Positions 24,136-38,176 of a stretch of DNA of 64,000 nucleotides are shown here, piece after piece. The stretch's first letter is position 1; each line of letters begins with the position of its first letter. The notes under the pieces were generated by a model that did no database searches, had not been told where the DNA came from, and saw nothing but the letters and a program-made list of their open reading frames with translations. Source of the stretch: Octopus vulgaris (taxonomy: Eukaryota); NCBI GenBank assembly GCA_951406725.2, contig OX597824.1, positions 25,792,001 through 25,856,000 on the forward strand, written 5' to 3'. Made by a program: the position numbers and the translations under genes.

Positions 24136-26161
24136 TGAGCAACCTTTTCTGAGAAGCTAGCTGCATAAGACATGGCTTGTCATCAGACAGGCTATTCTAC
24201 TAAAAAAAATCAAAGGTAATTTTTCGTTAAGTGTGCCATTCATAAACCCCCACAGCCTACCGTTTGCCCACAGCCTACCATTTTTTTCTAAGATGGGAGT
24301 GGGCGTGGTAATTTGAGTAAAATATGGCTGCTGTTTTTTGCTGGCCAAATGATCACATAGAATCTCATGCTAGCTTGTGTAGAGTCTTGTTGTTTAGCTT
24401 CAGGTCAGCCCTTGATTGACCTCTAGAATATGATTTGAGGGCATTTGGCATCATTTCTAGCTGATCAACCAATCATACAAAGGCACCCTCAATGGCTCTG
24501 CTTGTATAGTTTATATGAAATGGTGTGCAGCTTAAGATGATACAATTTATGTTATTACAAATAATGACGAAAGACCGAGATCTCTGGAGATATGCTGTGA
24601 CTGCAAAGACCCGACAAATAATGTGAGTTCATGGCTGTTTCCTGCACCAGTTTCGCATAGCCCCAGCCCATCCAAAGTACCTTGGATTGCAGAACGACCT
24701 GCTGTGCTTACTTTGGATTGTAGGGCAACCTGTTGTACTTGAGGGGACCTATTGAGTCAAGTACATCAACATCAAAATAAATATCAAATGGAAATTGTAG
24801 TTGTGATACCTGTTCCAGTAGCACGTAAAAAGCACCATCCGAACGTGGCCGATACCAGCGCCGCCTTGACTGGCTCCTGTGCCGGTGGCACGTAAAAAAG
24901 CACCAACCGTTTGTGGCCACTGCCCAGCCTCGTCTGGCACGTAAAAAGCACCTACTACACTCACAGAGTGGTTGGCATTAGGAAGGGCATCCAGCTGTAG
25001 AAACACTGCCAGATCAGACTGGAGCCTGGTGCAGCCTCCTGGCTTCCCAGACCTTGGTTGAACCGTCCAACCCATGCTAGCACGGAAAATGGATGTTAAA
25101 CAATGATGATGAATGTAGAAGGAAGAGAGATTAGGAGCTCAGTCAAAGCTACAATTTGGCAAAGGTATCAAGTTCAATAGGGTCTCATATTTTATATAGT
25201 GGCTTGAAAAACTTTGAAATCGAAAATACCTGCAAGATGTGATTATCAATCCATTTCGAAGGATAGAAACTCTGAGTATACTAACCAATATATCAACTGA
25301 GTTTTTAAATCTTTTTTTTATATGTAGCCACTTTCTATCTGAATGCTATCATCATCATTTAACCCTTTAGTGTTCAGATTAATTTGTCAAAAGTAATCCT
25401 TATTTATTCACATTTAAAAAAATTTATCTGATATTATTTTGTAGCTTCAAGATAGGAAAGATGTAATTGCTTATTTTTAGAGTGACATTGCAGGGTAGGT
25501 ATGAGATGCATGTTCTGGCCAGTTTGAGCATAAAATGTGTAGAATATTTGGGCTGGATACAGCCGGTTTAAACACTAAAGGGTTAATGTCCACTCTTCCA
25601 TGCTTGCATGGGTCAGATAGAATTTGTTGTGACAGATTTTCTGCAGCCAGATGCCTTCCTGTTGCCAACCCTTACATCTATGATACATCTATCCTTTCTT
25701 ACTGATTCAATTATCACTGATCCAGGATAACACGGCATGCTTAATTTTGAACCATGTTACACTTATCACAGATTGATATGTCACAACACAGGTCAACAAT
25801 CAGTCAAAAATTCTGCTTATACTACAAGAAAGGATATATCTTAGTGACCGTCCACAGTGCTCAGCTACCCAAAATGTACTGTTTTACAATGCCCTTGTTT
25901 TTTACAGCAATGAACTGACACTCATCTTTTTACCATTCATTAATGAAAATGCTCTCTCTTATTAAAAACTAATTTAGTTAGCATCTTAATAACTCAGCTA
26001 GCTGTAACTCTCTCCAATCAAAGTAATTGTTTATTGCAGATACCTAAAATTTGAAGTAATTTTCTTTTGTTATTTCATTCTTTTGTTTTGGTTTTTCTTG
26101 TAGGTTTGCTCTTTTAACACCTACCCAGTATGTTTTGATTGCACTCAGCCTCTGAAGTTAG

Positions 26162-26722
26162 ATGGCTGAGCCTCCAGCCTTACCCAATCAAAAACGAAAA
26201 TTTTGCTACCAAAGAGCTCGGTTAGGTAACTCTAGCACTAGTAAGAGAAGGAAAGATTCAGATGAAAGCAAAAATGACTTTGACGATGATTGGGATGGAG
26301 AGCTGACCCTTACACAACAGGAACTAAACGAGCTTGATAATGCTGCTTCCAACGCTTATACAGTGAAAGCTGGACCGAGTTCCGTGAAGCCTGATCAAGG
26401 ACAAGCTCCTAATGTTGCAACAAAAGGTGTTGCGCCTGGAGTTTTGCCAGGATCTCATACACAGTTTTTATTTCCGAAACAGGATGTGGCCCCATACCAA
26501 CCTGCATCAAAGCTTGTTCAACGTTCTTCTTCAACTTCCAGCTCTTCTTCAACATTCCCAGTCTCGTCTACAACCAGCTATGACTCCAGTAATTCAAGCC
26601 ACAGTTCTGCAAGCAGCTCTAGTCTTCACAGGCTGAAAAGTGATAGCTCAAATGGTGATAAAGTCACGCTTGATCAAAAATTAATTGAAGAACTTCAGCT
26701 CTTAAGAAGAGATAGTAAAAAG
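26162..26722 (+). CDS. ATRIP: ATRIP coding exon 1 (exon begins at acceptor, 26104)
   Basis: Acidic DFDDDWDGELTLTQQELNELDNAAS resembles the ATRIP N-terminal RPA70-binding motif. Donor AAG|gtttgt (phase 0). Confidence 0.9.
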
Positions 26723-28481
26723 GTTTGTTTTTAACATAGTACAGTTACTTTTCTCTCTGTCTCCATCTCTCTCCCCTTGGCCCCTCTCTCTCTCTATCTC
26801 TCTCAAGAAGATTGCTTCCAAGCCATGTGGTTTTGGGTTCAGTCCCCCAGCATGCCACCATGTAAAGGTGTCTTTTATTATAGCCTGGGCCAACTAAAAC
26901 CTTGTGCGGACTTGAAGCCTGTTTTAAATAAGTGTGTGTGTTTGTGTGAGTTAACTTTGTGTGGTATGTAGCTTGCTTACCAAGCACATGATTCAGGGTT
27001 CAGTCCCACTGCGTGGCACCTTGGGCAAGTGTCTTCCACTATAGCCTCGGGCCGACCAAAGCCTTGTAAGTGGATTTGGTAGACGGAAACTGAAAGAAGC
27101 CCGTCATATATGTGTATATATATATGTTTGTGTGTCTGTGTTTGTCTCCCCAACATCGCTTGACAACTGATGCTGGTGTGTTTACATCCCTGTAACTTAG
27201 CGGTTCGGCAAAAGAGACCGATAGAATAAGTACTAGGCTTCCAAAAAATAAGTCCTGGGGTCGATTTACTCGACTAAAGGCGGTGCTCCAGCATGGCCGC
27301 AGTCAGCTGACTGAAACAAGTAAAAGAGAGAGAGAATATAGTGTTTTTTTTATTTTAAGTTATCTTTCTTACTCCCTTTTGGATATAATTTTCAAAAGGA
27401 AGTAATAATATATTTCTTGCAAAATTTATGACATAAGTTTGTATTTCATTTTCATCAAAATACTGGCTATTCCAACCATTACAAAAACCTCCCACTGATC
27501 TCACTTTAATTACGATCTTTCACTTTCCCCTCACCTATTCTTACCATCTCCAACTATTCTTTCTTCATTTGTCATTTCAGTCCTCTCTGCCAGTGTGACT
27601 ACAAGCAAAAACACATTGTAGATTATTATTTGTGATTTCAAAAACCATGTCATGTCACAAACTCAGCCCTTCAAAGAATTTATCACTATAGTTGACACCT
27701 AGCCTGGGGTTTAGATAAAGATTACGTTCCTGTTCATGATACCATGTGCAAGGGTTTCACTAAGAGTCTTTCATAGTGAAGCAGTTCCATTTAGGATGAT
27801 ACAAAATATGAGTCACAGGTAAGGCGGCGAGCTAGTAGAAATGTTAGCATGCCGGGCAAAATGCTTAGTGGCATTTCGTCTGCCGTTACATTCTGAGTTC
27901 AAATTCCGCCGGGGTCAACTTTGCCTTTCATCCTTTCGGGGTCGATAAATTAAGTACTAGTTACGCACTGGGGTCGATGTAATTGACTTAATCCCTTTGT
28001 CTGTCCTTGTTTGTACCCTCTGTCTTTAGCCCCTTGTGGGTAGTAAAGAAATAGATATTACGTCTGCTGCTATGTTCTGAGTTCAAATTCCACTGAGGTC
28101 GACTTTGCCTTTCATCCTTTTGGGGTTGATAAATTAAGTACTAGTTACGCACTGGGGTCGATGCAATTGACTTAATCCCTTTGTCTGCCTTGTTTGTCCC
28201 CTCTATGTTTAGCTCCTTCTGGGCAATAAAGAAGTAAGAGTCACAGTTGTTTAGAAAAACATCCCCTTGCAGAACAAGTTCCTGCTACGTACCTCTTTTA
28301 CTCGTTTAAGTCTTTGGATTGTAACCTTCAAGGAGCACTGCTTTGAAGGGTTTTAGCCAATCAAACTGACCCCAGTACTTATTTTACAAGTTTGATACTT
28401 ACTCTATTGGTCTATTTTGCTGAACTGCTAAGTTATGAGGTCATAAATGAACCAACACCAGTTGTCGATACATATACATAG

Positions 28482-28516
<35 letters not shown>

Positions 28517-28960
28517 CACAACAAGCCGTCATGCAGTTTCGGTCTACCAAATTTAGTCACAAGGCTTCGCTCTGTTGTTCAGCCCAGGACTATAGCAAAT
28601 GACACTTGCCAAAGATGCCACACACTGAGACTGTACATAGAACCATGTGATTGGGAAGCAATCTTCTTAACCATATACCCTTACGTATACCTTTTACTGT
28701 GGAAATCAGATATAACTACTCGAGATTTTATTACCCCTAATTGAAGTTTTCTATACCAATCTATTTATTGTTGAGAAATGTCATGCTTGAAACAATTTTT
28801 CATTGAGATATGTCAAATCCTGTTTTTTTGGCAGATGTTTAACATCGTTACTGGAATAATTATGAAAATTAATTTTGTAATTAAATGATTAATAGAGTTT
28901 CAAACTCTGCAAATTTTAAATTGAAATTTTCAACAAAACTTTCTTCTCGCTACTTTTCAG

Positions 28961-29393
28961 TATAAACAGAATTTATATCTGAAAGAAGGTGAAATTAAAA
29001 TTCTACGTACAGATCTACAGAGAGAGACAGAAAAATTATCAAAACTACAACAAGAGAAAACTCAGCAAGAAGTTCGAGAGAAAGCCGAAAGTGAAAAACA
29101 TTTGAAATCTGAGATTGAACGTTTAAATGTGCAGCTGCAGTTTAAAGAACAAGAAATTATGCACTTGAAAGATTCGTTGCTTAGTGTTAAAAGCAGCATT
29201 GCTGCTAGTGGTGCTGCTTCTCCACAGTCAGCAACAACCAGTAGCTATCATGGTGCTGGTTCTAAAGTACGTCGGGTTTTAGTGGAGAAACCTTCTCCAC
29301 AGAAAAAGTTTCCATCAGATGATTCCATCCTCAGTGCTGATAATATTGGTTCAAGAGGAAATGGCAAGATTTCCATCAGCCCTCAAAAGAGCA
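28961..29393 (+). CDS. ATRIP: ATRIP coding exon 2 (coiled coil)
   Basis: cag|TAT. YLKEGEIKILRTDL...LQFKEQEI is the ATRIP/Rad26/Ddc2 coiled-coil signature (GEIKILR, LQFK). Donor A|gtaagt (phase 1). Confidence 0.95.
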
Positions 29394-29427
29394 GTAAGTA
29401 AAATTATTTCCTGAAGATCTTGATATT

Positions 29428-29816
29428 TGGATGGAAGCACTCCGTCGGTTACGACGACGAGGGTTCTAGTTGATCCGATCAACGGAACAGCCTGCTCGTG
29501 AAATTAACGTGTAAGTGGCTGAGCACTCCACAGACACATGTACCCTTAACGTAGTTCTCGGGGATATTCAGCTTGACACTGAGAGTGACAAGGCCGGCCC
29601 TTTGAAATACAGGTACAACAGAAACAGGAAGTAAGAGTGAGAGAAAGTTGTGGTGAAAGAGTACAGCAGGGATCACCACCATCCCCTGCCCGAGCCTCGT
29701 GGAGCTTTTAGGTGTTTTCTCTCAATAAATACTCACAACGCCCGGTCTGGGAATCGAAACCGCGATCCTACGACCGCGTGTCCACTGCCCTAACCACTGG
29801 GCCATTGCGCCTCCAC
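29428..29816 (-). mobile_element. tRNA-derived SINE family C (also 40989-41376 minus; 15843-16131 plus, 5'-truncated)
   Basis: GGCGCAATGGCCCAGTGGTTAGGGC...TTCGATTCCC head; copies are near-identical. Confidence 0.88.
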
Positions 29817-30569
29817 CCTTGATATTTATTTGGGTGCCAAATATCTTTGTCTTTGAACATCTCTGTTGAGCATGGTAGTGCTCCTTGTAGCATCAGTTTA
29901 TTAATATTATGTACACATGCATGTCTGTATGGTTAAGGAGTTTGCTTCTGAACCATGTGATTTCAGATTCAATCCCATGTTAAAATGATGTTGATATACA
30001 ACTTACGTTGTAAGGCTTAAAAAACTACTGTCAGAAGCACTCTTTAATAACCAGTGATGATCTTTCTCAGGCATGAATGGACTGTCATCATCATCATCAT
30101 CATCATCATCATCGTTTAGTGTCCGCTTTCCATGCTGGCATGGGTCGGACGGTGTAACTGGGCTCTGGGAAGGCTGCACCAGGCCCAGTCTGATCTGGCA
30201 ATGTTTCTACGACTGGATGCCCTTCCTAACACCAACCACTCCATGAGTGTAGTGGGTGCTTTTTACGTGCCAGATGAGGCTGGCAAACGGCCACGATCGG
30301 ATGGTGCTTTTTACGTGCCACCGGCACAGAGGCCAGGCAAGGCTGGCAACGGCCACGATCGGATGGTGCTTTTTACGTGCCACCGGCACAGAAGCCAGTC
30401 GGGGCAGTGCTGGCAACAGCCACTGTGTTTGTGTATACATGTACACAGACGCACATATCAAAAGAGAGAAAAAGAACTCAGTGCAGACTACCATACACGA
30501 GGTAGTAAGTTAGATATTGTTTTTAATTAAATTAAATTAGTGTGTAAAAAAAGTCCTCATTAATAAAAA

Positions 30570-31020
30570 TAATAATAATAATGAAATTATTGTATACAGT
30601 GCTCAGGTGCACCACAACTTGTCAAAAGTGCATGTAAAGTATATGCAGGAATGTACAAATGTCTGGAAAGTGAACAGTGTATGAGTCAGATACATGCTTG
30701 CGTGTGTATGGAGGGGGAGAAAATCAGGTGTAGTGTTGGTGAATCTCAGGAAGCATGGAAGTTTTGAAGGATGCAGTGCTCCGACAACTAACAACTGATG
30801 CCGGCAGTTTGTTCCATATTTCAGTGACTCTTAGCGTGAAAAAATGTTTCCGAAAGTCATGCGAGCTGTGCCGTTTTCTGACTTTGTAAACATGTCCACG
30901 GTTGTTAGACAGGTGGAGTTTGAAAAGGTGCTCCGAGTTATTGTTGGTAAGATGGCTAATAATTTTATGGGTGTCTGCCAAGTCAGCTGCCAGACGTCAG
31001 AGTTTCAATGTATCCATGCC
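30570..31020 (-). mobile_element. CR1-clade LINE 3' end (second family)
   Basis: NNRGHVYKV...RKHFFTLRVTEIWNKLP...FKTSM, followed by an (ATT)n tail. Confidence 0.85.
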
Positions 31021-31174
31021 CAGGGAAGTAATTATTCTTAGAATGAGCAAAGAAGAGAACTTCTGAAATTTCAATGACTCTTAACTTATATTGAACTATA
31101 CCAGTTGGAGTGTTATAGCCTTTTACATATTTTGTTTTCAATAACATTTTATCTCTTTCCTCTCTTTTATTCAG

Positions 31175-31246
31175 CTTCAGAGAGTGTGTGCAGTTCTACA
31201 TACAGCAACAGAAGAAAGAAAATCTTAAATGTACATCTACATCATG
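31175..31246 (+). CDS. ATRIP: ATRIP coding exon 3
   Basis: Polypyrimidine tract plus cag, 72 nt open in phase 1 (TSESVCSSTYSNRRKKILNVHLHH), donor G|gtaagt. Confidence 0.8.
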
Positions 31247-32599
31247 GTAAGTGATGTTTTCATTCATGTTAACGTATTATATATCTTAACACTAACTTAA
31301 CTCTCTATCTCTCTCTGTGGTTCCAGCCACCTCTCCCTCCCTAATACCCTGCTTCCCCCTACATGGATTTTGTTGCCCTTTCTATTGGCTTTCTGTCTTG
31401 CAACCTACTAGTGATCCCACTAGTGCCAGTGGCACGAAGACAGGCACTCGGTGCACACTGTAAAGTGGTTGACATTAGGAAGGGCATCCAGCCAATGTAA
31501 ACATGCGAAAGTTGATACTGAATCTCAGCATAGTCCTGCAGCACACAAGATCTTGTCAAACCATTCAACCTGTGCCAGCATTGGAAAACAGACATTAAAT
31601 GATGATGATGAGGAGGAGGAGGAGGATGACTAATTTGTCTGCTTATCTAACCTTCTCTTTGTCACACCACATATCATCGTTTAACGTCCGTTTTCCATGC
31701 TAGCATGGGTTTGACGGTTTGACAGGGGTCTGGGAAGTCAGGAGGCTGCACCAGGCTCCAGTCTGATCTGGCAGTGTTTCTACAGCTGGATGCCCTTCCT
31801 AACGCCAACCACTCCTTGAGTGTAGTGGGCGCTTTTTGAGTGCCACCAGCACATGAGCCAGTGGGAGCTGGCAACAGCCACGATCGGTTGGTGCTTTTTA
31901 CGTGCCACCCACACGGAAGCCAGTCAAGGTGGTGCTGGCATCGGCCACATTCAGATGGTGCTTTTTACGTGCCACCAGCACAGGTATCACAACTACAATT
32001 TCCATTTGATTTTTTGATGTTGATATATCTAGTTAAATTTTTAATACTGTGTACATCAAATGGTTTAGATCTAGTTTGTGTTCATCTGTCTGTATGTCTA
32101 CCTATCTATCTACATATATGTATGTATATTTCTAGTTCAGGTTTGGGGCGGGGGTTATTGCTCTCTACATTAATCAACTATGTGGCAGAAGTGTTAGGAT
32201 GTCAGATACATTGCAGAGTTTATTTATTGCCATTCATATTCTGAGTTCAAATCCTGCTAAAGTCAGTGTTGCATTTTATCCTTCCAGTGTCAATAAAATA
32301 AAGTATCCATCAAGTCATAAGGTCAAGTTAATTAAATGTAACCTCCCTAAAAATCTTTGGATTTGTGCTGATGTTAGAAATTAGTTATCTGAGATATGAA
32401 AATGTCTGAAAAAGTAGTGTGTCTAATTAAATTAGTAGGTCACTATCACACTGTCCTTATTTGAAATCCTACCAAAATCAACTCTCTTTTTTTCTATATT
32501 TATTTCACATTTTTCCTGGGATTTATTAAGTGCCATTAATATAGATCGCAAATGCATGGACCTAAATTTCTATTGGTACATCATTTTGTTTCCCGACAG

Positions 32600-32786
32600 G
32601 AAAACTTACTGGTTCACAGTTAACATCAAAATTGGTACAAGACACTTTAAGTGACAAATACACAATGTCAGCTTGCTTTAATAGTGGCATTATACAACTA
32701 CTACAACTTCACTCAACCCAGGATTTTGCAGGTCTAAAGTTCTGCCGAGATTCCACAAGTTTCCTTCTGAAACAAAAATCTAAAAG
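32600..32786 (+). CDS. ATRIP: ATRIP coding exon 4
   Basis: cag|GA. GKLTGSQLTSKLVQDTL...GIIQLLQL open in phase; donor AG|gtatgt (phase 2). Confidence 0.85.
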
Positions 32787-33461
32787 GTATGTGATATAGG
32801 AATTTTTTGCTTCTTGTGAAAATCTGTATAGATTCTCGTAACTGGACTTTGTTCATTTGGAGGTAGTAAGGTCAGGTCAGCTGGCTCAGGTTTGTCTCAT
32901 TACTTGGAGTAAATTTTTGTTTTTAAAATAGAAATTTGTTTTTCTTTGTGATTTTAGGCACAGGTGTGGTTGTGTTTTAAGAAGTTCCAGGTTCAATTCC
33001 ATTGCCTGGCACGTTGGGTGTTTTCTACTATAGTCTTGGGCTGACTAGATTTGGTAGATGGAAACTAAAAGAAGCCTGTTGAATATATGTATGTGTCAAT
33101 GCATGTACCTGTGTCTTGATATCTTGTGATGATTGTAAATGAGCATTCTACAGTCTTCCTTGACAAACATGTTAGTCTGTGGGGAAATATTACCTTGCTT
33201 GGAAACAGTTGAGGGTTGATGACAATAGTGGCATCTAGCTGCAGAAAATATTTGCTTCAACGAATTCTGTCTTACTCATGAAGGTATGGAAAATAGAACA
33301 TTAACCCTTTCAATACCAACCAGGTTGAAACCACCTCTGGCTCTGAGTTCAAATGTCTTGTTTTCATAAGTTTTGAATTAAAATCCTCCACCAAACCTTA
33401 GTCACAATTTATGTTCCTAGTACTTGCTTAATGATAAGTTATTTTACTAAATTCTTTGTTA

Positions 33462-33749
33462 CTAGCAGTATTGCCCGGCGTTGCTCGGGTTTGTAAGGGA
33501 AATAACTATATAAGCATTTATAGAGAGTTACTTCCTTTATATAAACCGAGCGAAAATGCATTAGAATTGCGGAAAAATTATGGTAATTTTTTTTTAAATC
33601 GTAGACGCGCGCTAATACCCGGAAGGGCTCAATATGAATCACGACTATAAGATACCCACTTTTGGTTTAACTGCACAGCAAAATGTGGGAGTAGTTAGGA
33701 ATCTAAATCGTAGGAGACAGACACACAACTTCACTTTTATATATAAAGA
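33462..33749 (-). mobile_element. Non-autonomous Helitron, copy 1 (inside a piggyBac MITE)
   Basis: Minus strand A|TC...hairpin CCCGAGCAACGCCGGG...CTAG|T. The host MITE rejoins without a TSD, matching the empty site near 51195-51210. Confidence 0.9.
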
Positions 33750-34230
33750 TATTTAAAATTAATTGAAAGAAACAGAGCATCTCAAAACTTATATGGTAAC
33801 GAAAGGGTAAAACCAACAATGATATTGATTGAGTTTTCCATGCCAGCATATTATTAAAACATTGTTATACAGCTGTGTACCTTTCCTGTTGCTAACACTT
33901 GGCAATTTTCCAAGTAAGGGAGCTCTTATTCCACATGTCATCAAAAGTAAAAAAACACTAACGAACACTTTGTTGATGAGGAAGGAAAATGATGTCATTG
34001 TTCATAGCTCAAAAATTTTCAGAGCAGCACAAATGTGAACAAACACACTGGGCTTCTTTCAGTTTCTTTTCAACCAAATCTACTCACAAGGCTTCAATCA
34101 GTCCAGGACTGTAATATAGAAGGCATTTGCCTGAGGTTCCACACAGTGAGATTGAATCCAAAACCACAAGGTTGCCAAGTGAAGTTCATAACCATTCAGT
34201 CAAGCCAGCACCTAACATAAAAATGTAATA

Positions 34231-34742
34231 CCGTAAATCCTCGAGTATAATCTGCATTTTTTCCCCAAAATTTAAAGGTCAAAATCCCTAGTGAGTATTA
34301 TACACAAGGTTAAAAATGAAAATTATTTTCTAAGCAATGTCCGAGTCTCTATTTGCTGTCCGGCAATGTTTATTCAGACGCATTTTGTGATGTCGGGTGC
34401 GAAAATACCTTAAGCTAAGCCTGAAAGCAATGAAGTCATAAATGAATCATCCATAACTTGCAGTAAGCAACATTTATTAAATGTTATTACTGTTATTTCT
34501 TTATTTTCTGCAAACAAAATGCACAAAAAAGCTACACGTTTGCATTATGTTATATATACAATAATAATAAAGTATGTTACCGTATACATTTTTACAAACC
34601 AAGGATGTTATATAGACCTCCTTGACTCAAGTTAGGGAAAGGGTGCATATTATACACAAGGTTTAGGTTTTTCAGAGGTACAGCTCCCTAAAAATCCCCT
34701 GCGTATTATACTCAAGGGCAGACTACACTCGAGGATTTACGG
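34231..34742. mobile_element. Tc1/mariner (Tc2/pogo-type) MITE
   Basis: TA|CCGTAAATCCTCGAGT ... ACTCGAGGATTTACGG|TA. Confidence 0.88.
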
Positions 34743-35032
34743 TAACAAATTAAAAGTACCTTTTGTTTTTGTTTCAATTTTCTTTTATGGCTTAATAAGA
34801 GGAGGGAGGGCAGCGTCCATGGTCCTTTCTATATTGCTTCTCAAGGCTGAAGAAAGAAGCCGGAACACATAAGATGCTTCAATAAGAAAAAATTCATCCC
34901 ATGTACAGCATTATCCTGAAACAGAAAACTTATATTGAATACTGGGTACAGTTGTTATTTATGGTGGAGATTGGTGATCTTGTTGTTACTGTTGTTAACC
35001 TTGTAATTAATCATCACTTTTTCTCCTTTCAG

Positions 35033-35528
35033 TATGTCAGATCTTCGGAATATTATGAATTCTACAAGCAAAAAGGATATGGTCTCTTCTTCGAATCTCA
35101 ACCTTGCAATCCATGGCTTGTCTCAGCTTTTAATCACTGACTGTTCTCCAACCAGTCAACAGGAGATGTCTACCAGCCAAAGTAGCGATCCTTCACAAAC
35201 CTCTCTGAATCTTTTGCTGCAGCTCATTCCTTTATTAGCGGATTACCTTGGCCACTATTGTGACCAACTGTCAGCGAACCTGGTTGCATCAAGCACCGAC
35301 CTGTGTGACTCTTTGACTAGCGGAAACAATGGGAAATCGGGGAGCTCGTCGGAAAGTTCTATGGACTCAGTAACTAGTTCTGTGAATATGTTACTACAAG
35401 ACTGTGCAAATGTTGCCAACCAGTTGGAGCTACTTGTTATAGTAACCCTCAGGGTTTTACATAAACTAATTGCTTTCTGTACTGAACTACGACACTCACT
35501 GCTTGTCAACGATACCGATAAACTTGCT
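35033..35528 (+). CDS. ATRIP: ATRIP coding exon 5
   Basis: ctttcag|T then the frame of ORF 35034 (LNLAIHGLSQL...LIPLLADYL...LRVLHKLIAF); donor GCT|gtgagt. Confidence 0.9.
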
Positions 35529-37809
35529 GTGAGTAATGCTTTTTGTTTTATTCTCAGATGAATGCCGTAATGATGATACATACGAGTGTGGCTGTATAGT
35601 TAAGAAGTTAGCATCCTAACCACTTGGTTTCAGGTTCAGTCCCACTACATGGCACCTTAGACGAGTTTCTCCTCAATAGCTATTTCTTTACTACCCACAA
35701 GGGGCTAAACACAGAGAGGACAAACAAGGATAGACAAACAGGTTAAGTCGATTATATTGACTCCAATGCGTAACTGGTACTTATTTAATTGACCCCGAAA
35801 GGATGAAAGGCAAAGTCAACCTCGGTGGAATTTGAACTCAGAACGTAGCAGCAGACGAAATACTGCTAAGCATTTCGCCTGGTGTGCTAACGTTTCTGCC
35901 AGCTTGCCGCCTTGTTTCTCTTCAATAGCCCCAGGCCAACCAAAGCCTTGTGAGTGGATTTGGTGGATGGAAACTGAAAGAAGCCATCGTATGCATGTGG
36001 GTATGTTTGTGTCTACTTGTCTTGACATTACTTGATTGTTGAAAACCAATGTCATTCATTTCCAATATTTTGCAAAAATACATCTGACCATGGGGATATA
36101 TTACCTTGCCTGGAAGCAGATAAGGGTTGACAGCAAGAAGGCCATCTTGCCATAGAAAATTTACCTCAATATCCTCCATTTGGCCTATGCAAGCATGGGA
36201 AAGTAGATGTTAAAATGTGGATGGTATGGTGCATATGTTAGGTAACGCACTTGCATCTACAGTTGTGTGTTTAATGATGTATGTGAAGTGGAGCAACTTC
36301 TCTTACTATTGAGAAATTAAAATAGGGTCACAGATGTAGTTAACCAGAAGCTTACATCTTCATCATCATCAACATCATCATTTAGCATTCATTTTCCATG
36401 CTTGCATGGGTTGGATATTTTGACAGGATCCAGTGAGTCATGAGGCTGCAATAGGCCTAAATGTCAGCCTTGGCATGGTTTCTGTCTGGATGCCATTCGT
36501 AACGCCAACCACTTTACTGTGTGTACTGGGTGCTTTTTTTTCTGCCACTGACACCAATGATGTCACTTAGTAACTTTCATGAAAGTAAAAGGAAAAAGAA
36601 AAAGACCTCTTCAGCTGGGCAGTGGTTGGGAAAGTGTTTAAGAGAGGAGTGGCTATATGCCAGGTGTTGAGAGACTAAAATATGATATAGGGTGAAGCAC
36701 AGCAGTCTTACTATAGAAAAGATATATGGCTCTCCCTGCCATATATGGTAGTCAGTATACACACACACACACATGATGATGATGATGATGAATAATTTGC
36801 AGATTTTAACAAGCATCCAGTTGTTTGATCAACCAATGTTTTTTACCTACCCATTAAATTAATTAACATGTAAGTGGCTGAGTATCCCACAGATATATGT
36901 AATGTTAACATAATTCCCTAGTCAAATCAATGCGACACAATATGTGATAAGGATAGAGCTTTGTATTACAGGTACAATCAACTTGACAAGGCTTCATACA
37001 GTTTCCATCAACATAATTTCACTCAACCTGCCCCCATCACTTTTATTACTTGGTCTTGCTTTCTTTTTCACACTGATCCTTGACATTACTTTCCCTTTCC
37101 CCTTTTGCACTGTCTCTACCATTATTCTCCCTTGACACTGTTCTGAACACTCCTTGGGCAAGTGTCTTTCTTCTACTGTGGCTCCAAGCAGTCTGAAGCC
37201 TTGGGAGTGGATTTGTTGTCAGAAACTGAAAGAAGCCTGGGTATCCAACTATAGAAACCATACCACACCCTGACATGAAGCACAGTGCAGCTCTATGGCT
37301 CTCCGTATCCTGTCAAACCATCCAACCCATGCCAGCATTGAAAATAGACATTAAATGATGATGATGTGTGTTTGTGTGTATCCTTATCTAGACATCATGT
37401 AATGATTGTAAATGAGCATTACTGTCATACAAGCAGTGTTGTTTGTTTCCAATCTTTCATGAAAATTTTTTTTGACCATTGGGAAATATTATCTTGCTTG
37501 GAAACAGATAAGGGTTGGTGACAGGAAGGGCATCTTGCTGTAAAAAGTTGTGCCTCAATAAATTCCATCTGACCCATGCAGACATGGAAAAGTTAACATT
37601 AAATGATGATGATTATATTATAGGCTTGTGGAGCATTTTCATCTATCATTCTAAAATAAAGGATACCCTAAGGTTTAAGGGATTTTTAAAATTTGTTTCA
37701 GATTTGTATTATGTTCCTTAATTAAATGATCCTCTTACAAATGGGAGACAGGAAGGGAATTTTATTCATGATTTGTCTAATTTTCAGTTACCTTTGGTTA
37801 TTTTTGCAG

Positions 37810-37950
37810 AATTCTCTGAGCAATTCTCTTTCAATGACATCACCAAACCAAAAATCTAGCAAGACTTCTGTGCCTTCTTTTCTTCTTCAAGACATTAAAA
37901 AGTTCGATTTACTCAATAAATTATTCCAACTTGCTAATCCCATTCCAGAG
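37810..37950 (+). CDS. ATRIP: ATRIP coding exon 6
   Basis: ttgcag|AAT, 47 codons NSLSNSL...LLNKLFQLANPIPE, donor |gtaagt. Confidence 0.85.
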
Positions 37951-38144
37951 GTAAGTAAAACAAAAACTAAATAGATAGAAAAGTTTTGCTTATCTTTCAT
38001 ATTTAATATTATGAACTCAATATTTTTAATACTTAATCAGACAGGAAAGGGCAATACCCATAACCTTCTTTAGCACAGCTTCCAAAACTGGTGGGTATTG
38101 GAGAAAGAATTCATTATTCATAAGTTACTTCGTCAGCTATGACC

Positions 38145-38176
<32 letters not shown>

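Noticed and set aside
35255-35581. 108-aa antisense ORF over ATRIP exon 5 (and the 102-aa ORF at 40208-40516)
   Set aside because: Shadow ORFs of coding exons, with no recognisable motif or splice chain.
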